Origin: Octopus sinensis
Taxonomy: Eukaryota
Assembly (NCBI RefSeq): GCF_006345805.1
Contig: NW_021831985.1
Coordinates: 248,001-312,000 of the forward strand
Direction of reading: 5' to 3'
Length of the DNA: 64,000 nucleotides
Below, one piece after another: positions 52,882 through 64,000 of the stretch (position 1 is the stretch's first letter; each line of letters opens with the position of its first letter). The notes under the pieces were generated by a model. That model saw nothing but the letters and a program-made list of their open reading frames with translations. It was not told where the DNA came from and ran no database searches. A program made the translations under genes and the position numbers.

Positions 52882-53325
52882 GTCTGTCTGTCTATCTATC
52901 TATCAATTACATGCATGTATGTATGTATGTATGTATGTATGTATGTATGTATGTATGCTTGTTTGTATGTATTATGTATGTATGTATGCATGTATGCATG
53001 CTTGTATGTATGCTTGTATGCATGTATGTATGTATGTATGTATATATGTATGTATGTATGTATGCATGCATGTTTCATGTATGTATGTATGCATGCATGT
53101 ATGTATACTTGTATGTATGCTGTATGTATGTATGTATGTATGCATTCATGCATGCATGAATGCATGTATGTATGTATGTATGTATGCATGCATGCATGCA
53201 TGAATGTATGCATGCATGCATGCATGCATGTATGTATGTATGTATGTATGTATGTATGTATGTATGCATGTATGCATGCATGCATGCATGTATGTATGTA
53301 TGTATGTATGTATGTATGTATGAAA
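52790..53325. repeat. (TCTA)n then (TATG/CATG)n compound microsatellite
   Basis: Direct reading. Confidence 0.95.
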
Positions 53326-54029
53326 TGAAACAACATAATTTTCAAAAATTTAAAGAGTTGTATTTAATCCTTTTCATTAATGTTGTTTATATGTACATGG
53401 TTATCTTTTATTATTATTCATTATTGAAACTAATGCTTGTGAATTTGAAAATTGATCCACAGTAATCTCTGCGGAGTTGATCATTGATCCATATTAATTC
53501 TTATGAAATTGAAAATTAATCTATAATAATTCTCATCAAAATATTTCTTCATAATAATATCCTTGTTATTTTGAAATCAAAGTACAAAGTTCGTTTAAAC
53601 TCCATGCTCTTCTGATTTGTGCCGTCTTCTAACTTTGATAGAATGATAAAATGAAGCAGCTTTATTCTCATTGAAACTGTTTTGAAGAAATTCTTTTTTT
53701 CTTATACATCATTTTTAAAAATTAATTTTGTTCGTGGATTATTTTTATCTTTTATCTTTTGTTTGTTTCAGCCACTGGGCTGCGGTGATGGTGGAGCATC
53801 GCTCTGAAAGGTTTTAGTTAAACACATCGATCCCAAGGACATATTTTTTTAAAGTCTTACTTATTCTGACGGTCCCTTAAGAAAAATAATTCTTCAAAAC
53901 AGTTCCATTGAGAATAAATCTGCTTCCTTTTTGACAAGCAACCTTCTATCAAAGTTAGAAGGCGGCACATATCAGAAGAGCATGGATTTTAACCGAACTT
54001 TGTACTTTGATTTTTAAATAAAACCAGCA

Positions 54030-55095
54030 GTTCTTTGGCGTTGATATGGGAAAGAGAATGGGCCCCAATTTTTCTAACTTATTTGTTGGTTACGTTGAGG
54101 TCCAAATCTTCTCAGTTCTTCAGACCGATCTCAGAGCTATACGGTCGCTATATAGACGGCTGCATTGGCGTTGGCTCTTTCTCCCGCGAACAGCTCCCCA
54201 TTTTCATCTCTTTCGTTTCTAACTTCCACCCTTCTCTTGAATTCACCTCTACCATCACTGGTATCTCCGTAAACTTCTTCGATATCTCTCTCTCCATTGA
54301 TCCCCTCACCCATCTCCGCTTTTTAAAACCCATAGACTCCTACCTCTACCTCAACTTTTTCTTCTCTCATCCCTCCCACACCAAACGGGCCATCCCCTAC
54401 TCCCAGTTTCTCCGCTTCCGACGCCAGTGCAGCCGGGACCAGGATTTCGAGACCCGGTCCCAGTACGTGGCCCTCTTGTTCATGCATCGCGGATACCCAT
54501 CCACCCATGTCCAGACTGACATTACCCGCGCTCGTCTAATCGATCGCACTACCGCCGTCACACAGTTCCCCCAACTGCATCCCCTTTCCCCTCCTTTTCC
54601 ACCCCTTCACATACCCATTCATCAGAAGATAGATCCCAGCACCCTCCCTATTTCCCCAACTCACCCTTGCTCTCCTTCAAATGTGCCCGTAACCTACGCG
54701 ATCTACTGGTCCCTAGCTTCCTCCCCTCCTCCATTCTCATCCAACCCAGATCCTTCCCTTGCTCCAGACCTTGTTACCACACCCGTTCTTTCCTCACCAA
54801 CACCTCCTCCCTCGCTGGATCCAACCAGAACACCCTCTACAGTAGGAACTCCTTCTGCACTTCGTCAAGCCTTATTTATTGTATCAGGTGCAATCTTTGT
54901 ACCTGATACGTAGGCGTTCGTCTACGTAAGAACACCCCTGTCGCCTGTCACTCTCGCTTGGCCGGTCACTCCACCTAAGACCTCACTGTCTTCACTGTAT
55001 GGATCCACCAACTCTAGACTCCACCTGGAACAACGCTACATTTTCACTCTACGAACTCAAATCCCTTTCGGACTCAACACAACCCCACAGAGTTT
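54030..55095 (+). pseudogene. Penelope-like element, second lineage: RT C-terminal half plus GIY-YIG, frameshifted
   Basis: MGPNFSNLFVGYVE..GRYIDGCIG..FHPSLEFT..NFFDISLSI..KPIDSYLYL..SHPSHTKRAIPYSQFLRFRRQCS..F..RGYP; later FKCARNLRDLLV..FPCSRP..FCTSSSLIYCIRCNLCT*YVG. Confidence 0.9.
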
Positions 55096-55829
55096 ATGTC
55101 TACCAAAATCGCTCACCAGGCTTTTATCGGTCCAAGGCTATAATAGCCGACACTTGTCCAACAAAACATTATGGTATAAGACATTTGTCCAAGGAGACGT
55201 ACTGTTGGACTGAACCTGAAAGCACATTGTTGCGAAGCGAGCTTTTTAATCTCGTTAATCATGCTTGCATCCCATTTAAAATATTTGTTATACCCTTTGA
55301 AACAATCTCTTTATCGGTGGAGAATATAAACATCGGCAAAGAAAAGCAGACAAATGGTGCGTTATGAATGAAGTGCCTTCAAATATATTTTTATCAGTAG
55401 ATTATATTACACTCCCTTGTTTATTCTTATAGTCAGAAATGCAGTGAAGTTAGTGATAGGCTTGTTAGAAACCTGCAACAAACAACACTGTTGTTCATAA
55501 ATACGATATTAAAATAAAAAGATAAAGCAAACTAACAAAATAGACTAGAAATTAAAACAAAACTATAATAAAGAAACATATAAAATAAGAAATATACCAG
55601 TATTATCTGATATTTAAAACAAAAGCAATAAATTATTAGTGAAAGAAAGCAATAATATAGTAGACTTAATGGATTAACAAGAACTTAGACAGGACTAAGA
55701 GAGATTAAGTCAACATGTGGAGGCCAGAAATTGGAAAATAGATTTTGTCACAGTGAATTAGAAATAATAAGCCATAGAATTTTTTTAAATCTTAATCCTT
55801 TGAACATAGACATCTTTAATCTTTTATCA

Positions 55830-56145
55830 TTTTCGTGTTGCAGTCATTAGACGGCGGCAACGCTGGGGCACCGCCTTGAAGAATTTTTACTCGAATGAAT
55901 TTATCCTAGTACTTATTTTTTTTAAAGCCTGGTACTTATTCGATCGGTCTCTTTTGCCGAACTGCGAAGTTACGAGGACGTAAACATGCCAACACTGGTT
56001 GTCAAGTGGTAGTGTGGAACAATGACGCGCGCGCGCACGCACACATGTATGTACCCCCCCCCCGCCAATACATATTTATATATGCTATATACGACGGGCT
56101 TCTTTCAGTGTCCGTCTTCCGAATCCACTCACGAGGCTTTGGTCG
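55830..56145 (-). mobile_element. SINE family A, diverged and truncated
   Basis: Homology to family A. Confidence 0.75.
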
Positions 56146-56219
56146 TTTCTGCCTGCTCGCCGCCTTAGAGATGATGTGTATTAACTAAAACACGAAGAGA
56201 TGTTACATTGTAAGCTATA

Positions 56220-56618
56220 TTCTTTTCTACTCTAGGGACAAGGCCCGAAATTTTGGGGGAGGGTGCCAGTCGATTAGATCGACTCCAGTAGGCAACTGGT
56301 ACTTAATTTATCGATTCCCAAAAGGATGAAAGGCATAGTCGACCTCGGCGGAATTTGAACTCAGAACGTAGCGGCAGACGAAATACCTATTTCTTTACTA
56401 CCCCCAAGGGGCTAAATACAGAGAGGACAAACAAGGACAGACAAACGGACCAAGTCGATTATATCGACCCCAGTGCGTAACTGGTACTTATTTAATCGAC
56501 CCCGAATGGATGAAAGGCAAAGTCGACCTCGGCGGAATTTGAACTCAGAACGTAACGGCAAACGAAATACCGCTAAGCATTTCGCCCGGCATGCTAACGA
56601 TTCTGCCAGCTCGCCGCC
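56220..56618 (-). mobile_element. SINE family B dimer
   Basis: Junction at ~56385; alternative tail on the distal unit. Confidence 0.85.
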
Positions 56619-57613
56619 TTTAATCTATGACAGAAGTGTACGACCACTAGTATAGATATATATTTAGTAAGTTATGACAGAAGACGTGTATTAGCATTAA
56701 TATAAAAAGATAATAGTTTACGTCATAACACGAGACGTATGTTAACGCAGATATGGAGAGGTATTACAGAAGAGATTTATCTCCTTATCACTTGTCTCTC
56801 TATCGCTAGTAACTCTATCATTCATTTCTTTATCAAATCTTCTTTCAATCAGTCATCTCTCTCTTCATTCTGTCACTCATCTCTCTGTCAGTCGTCACTC
56901 ATTCATTCATACGTTACTTATCACTCTATTACTTTTCCTGTCATTAATCACTCGAACTTTCATATCTCTATCACTCATCACTCATCTCTCCACCATTCGT
57001 CTCTATCACTCAACACTCTGTCACTCATCTCTCTCTGTTACTTATACCTCTCGTGTAACGAAGGACGTTACTGGACCTACAAGGACGTACTAACGTTGAT
57101 ATAAAGAGGTATTACAGTGAAATATAGAACTGCGAAATACTTATGAGAAGACCACGTACCAACACAGTTATAAAGTGATACCACAGAATATGGACATATA
57201 CTAAAATATATGAGGAGAGAGTGCAGCAACTTAAGTAATAGAAAACATGTAGTAACACAGCTGTAAAAAGATATTACAACAGAAAATACAATAGGTGATA
57301 TGTATTAAGATATAGAGAGAGGTGTCGCAGTAGAAGAAGCATCAGAAAACTTGTATTAATACAAATATAGAGATATCACGATGGAATATTTTACAGAATA
57401 TATCTACCAACATCTACACAGAGATAGAGAGATGTTTCAACCGAAGATATAATAGAAAATCCGATGTACTACGACAGACAAAGAGAAATATTGTAGTAGA
57501 AGATATATGACAATGAGTAGAAAAGATAAATGGGAATCATTTGAAATCACCATTAGTTTAATTTCTACATGCACCATGTGTTGATATCTCTCACAAATGG
57601 CCCAGGGTTTTAA

Positions 57614-58006
57614 TCTCTCTATATATAAAGCTGAAGTTGTTTGTGTATGGCAGGTTTGGTAGCCTTCAACTAACACTATCTCCTCCGAGACCCCGCAGCG
57701 CAAGTTGACCAAAATTAAGAGTATGATAGAAGAAGACTTACTCTTCCTTCCGTAGAAGAAAAAAATTCAAATCGAACCATGTTAACACCAAAAATTATTT
57801 ACATCAAAAAGGTGCTTTTTTTCTATGAAAATCCCTATTTTTTACGATTTTTTGATTGCTGTGTCGCCATTTTTCGGTGTGTTTCAACCAGAAAAATGTT
57901 CACTTAAAGAGAATAATAAGCTACATAATGCAAAATATTTACTTTTCAAAAATTCCAATTCTAAAGGGTCGAAACAAATCCGAGCAACAGAGGGCAATAC
58001 TGCTAG
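57614..58006 (+). mobile_element. Non-autonomous Helitron, family B
   Basis: A|TCTCTCTATATATAAAG...CAATACTGCTAG|T. Confidence 0.88.
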
Positions 58007-58027
58007 TGAGATAATAAAATGGATTTC

Positions 58028-58216
58028 TTAACCTCTTGCCTGTTGTCGTCTATGCATCTTATATGATACACATTTCAAATTTTTTTTCAGCCGCCAGATT
58101 AACTTGAGACGTATGGAGAAAAGCTTTATATTACTCACAACGTATGAAAAGTCGAAAAATAAACATGGATGTTTAGGAAAGACTTATGAAAGTCCTTTGG
58201 ACCGGCAAGGGGTTAA
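58028..58216. mobile_element. piggyBac-type MITE (second family)
   Basis: TTAA-CCTCTTGCC...GGCAAGGGG-TTAA. Confidence 0.75.
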
Positions 58217-58217
58217 T

Positions 58218-58461
58218 TACTCTTTACTCTTTACTCTTTTATTTGATTCAGTCATTTGACTACGGCCATGCTGGAGCACCGTCGTTAGTCGAGCAAATCG
58301 ACCCCAGGACTTATTCTTTGTAAGCCTAGTACTTATTCTATCGGTTTCTTTTGCCGAACCGCTAAGTTACGGGGACGTAAACACACCAACATCGGCTGTC
58401 AAACGATGTTGGGGGACAAACACAGACACACAAACACACACACACACACACACACATTAAT

Positions 58462-58495
<34 letters not shown>

Positions 58496-58541
58496 ATATA
58501 CGACGGGCTTCTTTCAGTTTCCGTCAGCCAAATCCTCTCAA
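58218..58541 (-). mobile_element. SINE family A, head missing
   Basis: Homology to family A; breaks at aaatcctctca. Confidence 0.85.
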
Positions 58542-58561
58542 AAATATAACTATTGCATGAA

Positions 58562-58955
58562 CTAGCAGTATCGCCCGGCGTTGCTCGGGTTTGTTTCCAC
58601 CCCTTAGAATTGGAATTTTTTGAAAAGTAAAAATTTCGCATTATGTAGCTTGTTATTCTCTTTAAGTGAACATTTTTCTGGTTGAAATACACCAAAAAAT
58701 GGCGACACAGCAGTCAAAAAATCGTAAAACATAGGGATTTTCATTGAAAAAAAAGCACCATTTTTATGTAAATAATTTTTGGTGTTAACGTTGTCCGATT
58801 TGAATATTTTCTTCTACGAAAGGAAGAGCAAGTCTTCTTCTATCATGCTCTCAAGTTTGGTCAACTTGCGCCGCTGGGTCTCGGAGGAGATAGTGTTAGT
58901 TGAAGGCTACCAAACCTGCCATACACAGAAAACTTCAACTTTATATAGAGAGAGA
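58562..58955 (-). mobile_element. Non-autonomous Helitron, family B
   Basis: A|CTAG start and AGA|T end on the plus strand. Confidence 0.9.
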
Positions 58956-59343
58956 TATCGCCAAAACTTGCAGATACGATGTGTAATGATTGCTGGTGGC
59001 ACATTGTGAAGGTAGTTTTTACTTGTTCTTTCTAATTTTTTTCTGTTGTCATGCCACTGTCACCTGTCTATGTTGGTTGAATACGGATAAGTTGATTTCT
59101 ACTAGGTGTTTTCACATATGTCTTCAAGATATCGATTCCTAGGCATCACTTTCTTATCTTAGAACTGAGCTTGTACTCCAATAATCTCTGTAACAGGAAA
59201 TTTGCACAACTCCCATCAGAAAAAAAGCATTCCAAAAATCTCTTCCAATGATTTAACGAAGGTGTCGTTGCCCTTCTGAAGCGTACGTTTTGTAGTATCG
59301 CTCACTGAGACACAAAAAGAAAAAAAAGAAAATCGCGAAAATA

Positions 59344-59511
59344 GGCGCAGGAGTGGCTGTGTGGTAAGTAGCTTGCTTACCAACCACATGGTTCTGGGTT
59401 CAGTCCCACTTCGTGGCACGTTGGGTAAGTGTCTTCTACTATAGCCTCGGGCCGACCAAAGCCTTGTGAGAGGATTTGGCTGACGGAAACTGAAAGAAGC
59501 CCGTCGTATAT

Positions 59512-59580
<69 letters not shown>

Positions 59581-59812
59581 ATATATATATATTAATGTGT
59601 GTGTGTGTGTGTGTTTGTGTGTCTGTCCCCCAACATCGTTTGACAGCCGATGTTGGTGTGTTTACGTCCCCGTAACTTAGCGGTTCGGCATTAGAGACCG
59701 ATAGAATAAGTACTAGGCTCACAAAGAATAAGTCCTGGGGTCGATTTGGTCGACTAAAGGCGGTGCTCCAGCATGGCCACAGTCAAATGACTGAAACAAG
59801 TGAAGAGAGAAA
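59344..59812 (+). mobile_element. SINE family A, full length
   Basis: Homology to family A. Confidence 0.9.
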
Positions 59813-59917
59813 AGATTAAAATATTGAAAATACTCAACGGGCTATGTTTTTTTTAGTTCAAAGGTTACGTGGGAGCCATATCAATAACGAAATCATAGAT
59901 TTAATGATCAAATACGT

Positions 59918-60095
59918 GAGAGAAAGTTGTGGTGAAAGAGTACAGCAGGGATCACCACCATCCCCTGCCGGAGCCTCGTGGAGCTTTTAGGTGTTTTCAC
60001 TCAATAAACACTCACAACGCCCGGTCTGGGAATCGAAACCGCGATCCTATGACCCCGAGTCCGCTGCCCTAACCACTGGGCCATTGCGCTTCCAC
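59918..60095 (-). mobile_element. SINE family D, 5' half
   Basis: Near-identical to 44365-44534. Confidence 0.88.
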
Positions 60096-60308
60096 TAGGT
60101 GATCAATATACTTCAGTAAGAATAGGTAAATCCCAATATCACGCATAACGCTGGTGGACACTGAAATATCTCTCTGCTTAGTTCCTGTTTTGACGGCCCC
60201 AACCAACAATAACCGAATTGCAGTCACGTGCGGTTCAGGACTTTGTATTACACACACACATGGAACTGAACACGGTATCAGATATTAGAACACGGTATCA
60301 GATATAAA

Positions 60309-60538
60309 GGCGGCGAGCTGGCAGAAACGTTAACACGCCGGGCGAAATGCTTAGCGGTATTTCGTCTGCGTTACGTTGTGAGTTCAAATTCCGCCGAGGT
60401 CGACTTTGCCTTTCATCTTTTCGGGGTCGATAAATTAAGTACCAGTTACGCACTGGGGTCGATGTAATCGACTTAATACCTATGTCTGTCCTTGTTGTCC
60501 CCTCTGTGTTTAGCCCCTTGTGGGTAATAAAGAAATAG
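60309..60538 (+). mobile_element. SINE family B with ~12-bp TSD
   Basis: GGTATCAGATAT on both sides. Confidence 0.9.
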
Positions 60539-60956
60539 GTATCAGATATTAGATACATTCGATATTTATTACACGTGTTGTTAAATACGCTTCTGGTATT
60601 AAATTTACTCAGTATTAAACAGTATTAAACAGACATTCGTTACTAAGCTTCCTTGCTCTTAAGTATATTTGCTATTAAGCATACTTAATATTAAACACGC
60701 GTTGTTTTGAACTCATAAGTTATTAAATATAATAGTTATTAAACATACTTGCTCTTTTGATATCAAACCGCCTGAGACCACTCTTGATTTTATGGTACAG
60801 ACTTCCTGTTTTGAACGTGATCTAAATTAAAGATTGAATCAAGTTGATACAAATACTACAAAGCATTCTTATCCGATGCTCAAATGACTCTGTTAGTTTG
60901 CCATTCTGGCTATTATTTAGGCTAGAAAAATAATGTTAAACTAAGAGAAGTTGTAG

Positions 60957-61245
60957 TGGAGGTGCAATGGCCCAGTGGTTAGGGCAGCGGACTCGCGGTC
61001 GAAGGACCGGGCGTTGTGTGTGTTTATCGAGCGAAAACACCTAAAGCTCCACGAAACTCCGGCAGGGGGTGTTGACGACCTCTGTTGTACTCTTTCGCCC
61101 CAACTTTCTCTCATTCTTTCTTCCTGTTTCTTGGGTAACGCTGCGATGGACTGGCGTCCCGTCCAGCTGGGGAGAACACATACGCCACAGAAGCCGGGAA
61201 ACCGGGCCCATGAGCCTGGATGGCTAGGCTTGAAAAGGGCGAGAA
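60957..61245 (+). mobile_element. Chimeric SINE: family D head and body joined to family E 3' part
   Basis: Switch at cttcctgtttct|tgggtaacgctgcgatggactgg. Confidence 0.8.
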
Positions 61246-61384
61246 AAGAAAAAAAAACAAAGAAAGAGAAGTTGTATAGTGAGGTTAACTAACACCATAT
61301 CATCATGGGAAATGTAAACCTAGAACTGATGGTGATGACGACAACTACAGCGACTACGGGTATATATGTGTGTGTGTGTGTGTG

Positions 61385-61631
61385 TGTGTCTGTGTGTGTG
61401 TCTGTGTGTGTTTGTGTGTCTGTGTTTGTCCCCCCCAACATCGTTTGACAGCCGATGTTGGTGTGTTTACGTCCCCGTAACTTAGCGGTTCGGCATTAGA
61501 GACCGATAGAATAAGTACTAGGCTCACAAAGAATAAGTCCTGGGGTCGATTTGGTCGACTAAAGGCGGTGCTCCAGCATGGCCACAGTCAAATGACTGAA
61601 ACAAGTGAAGAGAGAAAAGATTAAAATATTG
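61385..61631 (+). mobile_element. SINE family A 3' half, copy of 59625-59825 including flank
   Basis: Shares private variants and the flank gaagagagaaaagattaaaatattg. Confidence 0.9.
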
Positions 61632-61761
61632 TGGGATGGTGGGAGATTCTAGAAAACAATAAATAGATTTTAATTTAACCAAACAAATATTGATTTAGAA
61701 GAGTCAAACAAGTTCAGTTTGTGTGGAATCTAATACTTTGTACTGCGCATGGCCTTTGGCT

Positions 61762-61850
<89 letters not shown>

Positions 61851-62068
61851 GCCCTATTGTTATTTTACATAAAGAATAAGGGTGTGGAATTCTATATTCT
61901 CTTCTTAGAACTCATATCTCTAACACTTCCGGAACTCTCTCTTATGGACCAATTATTTTGGACCGTACCCTGTTCTTTTTTTTAAATGGAATATAAATAC
62001 GCCCGTTTAGAGCATCATTTAAGACCCACTGAGGAAAGAGAGAGAGAGAGAGAGAGACAGAGAGAGAC

Positions 62069-62125
<57 letters not shown>

Positions 62126-62774
62126 TTAACAAGTTAATGAGAGGAGAAATTACGAAAAGAATCACAGAAATTATGAAAACAAAAGCAAGGAAAATCATTA
62201 GTCTTTCAGGTCGTATTAATTATTTCACTTGAAAAATTTTGGTAGATTATGTGCCAATTTTGGTAGATTATGTATCAAGAATCATGGAATTTTTTTTAGG
62301 TGTTACCCCAAAACTATTCGAGGAAAATGAAATTACCCCAGATTTCGAAACAAACAAAATGATATGAATTGTTTTTAGAATTGCTTCAAAAGGGTTTTTA
62401 AAAATTCATAAATGGAGAAAGTGCTTACTAGATCAATTAGTATCAGGAAATAATGAGAAATCAGTATATACACTTGCGTCAGAAATTAATTAGCACTTCT
62501 CAAATTTCTACATTAAATAGGTTAAATCAATTAACCTATGAGCTGTTCAAAACGTCTTACGCGATGAGAAAACTTAGTATGGTGTGATTTCGGTCCTTGC
62601 GAGGCGCTACCTATATCTATTAAACAAAGGAAGATTAGTCTGCATCCGCACTCCAAGTTGTTGCACTGCTATGTCAACATCATAAGGCTGTAGACTCTCA
62701 AACTGCTCTGCAAACAAAGTTACGTCATCGTTCTGCGCAACAGTGAACTCGCAACAAAGCAAAAGTTCGAGATA

Positions 62775-62793
62775 TGGCCACTAGGTGACAGCA
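62775..62793 (+). promoter_or_regulatory. CTCF-like motif
   Basis: TGGCCACTAGGTGACAGCA versus consensus (T)GGCCAC(C/T)AG(G/A)(G/T)GGC(A/G)(C/G); motif match only. Confidence 0.35.
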
Positions 62794-63221
62794 CATACCT
62801 TGAGTGAAGAGCAAATCAAGGGTGCTAATTAATTTCTGACGGTAGTGTATACTAACATAAACGTGCAGGCATGGATTTGTGATTTAAAAGATCACTTTCC
62901 CTACTACGTGGGCCCGTTAATACAATAATATGAGCCGGGATTAGAAATATTAATTTGAAATTAATACGAAGTTCATACAATTTCTCGTGGGTGGTAATCA
63001 TGCAGAACACTATTTTATTATTATTAGAAATCTGCAGCTTTATTTAAACTGTCACTTATTAAATAGATATATTAATGATATTTTTTGGCTAATCACTAAC
63101 GTTTTGAATTGGAAGAGAGAAATACAACATAGTTGTAGTAAGGTGTAAACTATCTCAAGATCGAATTCTTGGTGCGTTGTGCTGGCTTGTGAAAATATAA
63201 AAAAAAAAAAAGAAATGTTTC

Positions 63222-63466
63222 CTTCTCAAGCCATGCCAGGCTCATAAGGGCCGCTTTCCCGGTTTCAGTGGCGTATAAATTTCCTACCTGAACGGGACGC
63301 CTATCCGTCGCAGGATTACTCATTTTTGGCAGCTGAGTGGATTGGAGCAACATGAAATGAAATGTTTTGCTCAAGAACACAACACATCACTCGGTCCAGG
63401 AATCGAAACTACAATCTTACGATTATGAATCCAGCACCCTAACCACTAAGCCACGCACCTCCACGA
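63222..63466 (-). mobile_element. SINE family E
   Basis: Homologous to 16312-16550. Confidence 0.8.
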
Positions 63467-63639
63467 TGGCTTGTGTGCCTGAGAGTTATGCTAATGGAGT
63501 ACATGCTCCTGGTAGAGCCTCTCACGCTGGAAATTTCAAAGGACTCTGTCACCTCTATCACCTCTTCCTTGAGGTAAAATGGATTTGTTTAGGTTCAGCA
63601 AAACCTACATAGAAAAAAAATCAAAATTATAGAAGAATC

Positions 63640-63835
63640 GATGACAAATCATAACAAACAGGGACTAGGAAAAGGGCGTCTTCCCTTAGAGAAACGTATG
63701 ACGTGGGGGTAGAAAGATCCAAAAGGAAGCCACAAGAAGCAGGAATCTAACTGGAAAGAAGCAAAAAAAAAAGACAGTCGATAATCGAGAAGAATGGAGT
63801 CAAGCTTTTGAAGGCTTGTGCTTGATGGGGAGTGA
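63640..63835 (+). mobile_element. Decayed RTE-type LINE C-terminal fragment
   Basis: ..G.RKRGR(L)P.ETY.RGVE..QEAGI*WKEAKK..DNREEWSQAFEGLCL. Confidence 0.55.
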
Positions 63836-64000
63836 AATATTTAAATAATGTGTAAAGTGTGTGACGTTGAAATGCCAGCTCACAAAACCAAATTGTATGC
63901 ACACAGAAAGTATGTTTCTTCAGTTATACATGTAACAATAGTGCTGTAATAAATTCGGAATTGGCAACAGACTCTCTCTCTCTCTCTTTACTCTTTTACT

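Noticed and set aside
54035-54913. 292-aa ORF as a host gene
   Set aside because: A frameshifted Penelope-like RT; the true reading switches frames.
56800-57050. S/H/L-rich ORF 56739-57104
   Set aside because: Degenerate TCAC/TCTC low-complexity tract.

Overview
AT-rich, microsatellite-dense eukaryotic DNA with no host protein-coding gene that I can recognise, so probably intergenic or deep intronic. The SINE repertoire resembles what I recall of octopus genomes (inference, not verified). The window is a mosaic of about six tRNA-head SINE families (~40 copies), three non-autonomous Helitron families sharing one 3' hairpin-CTAG end, TTAA (piggyBac-type) MITEs, mariner and Tigger/pogo relics, R4/Dong-type RLE LINE fragments embedded in (TAA)n, two kinds of Penelope-like element (PLE) fragments and RTE relics. 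Most ORFs in the track are microsatellite or SINE artefacts. Main observations: (1) at least eight dispersed minimal type I hammerhead-ribozyme motifs with covarying stem I and palindromic stem III, in short non-coding modules; (2) these modules recur as inverted pairs with their 3' ends pointing outward into TA-rich microsatellites; (3) a ~720-bp foldback element with a (CCCTAA)n core; (4) a rearrangement knot at 27.8-31.2 kb with a ~600-bp inverted duplication and locally copied junctions. All coordinates, alignments and folds were read by eye and may be off by a few bases.
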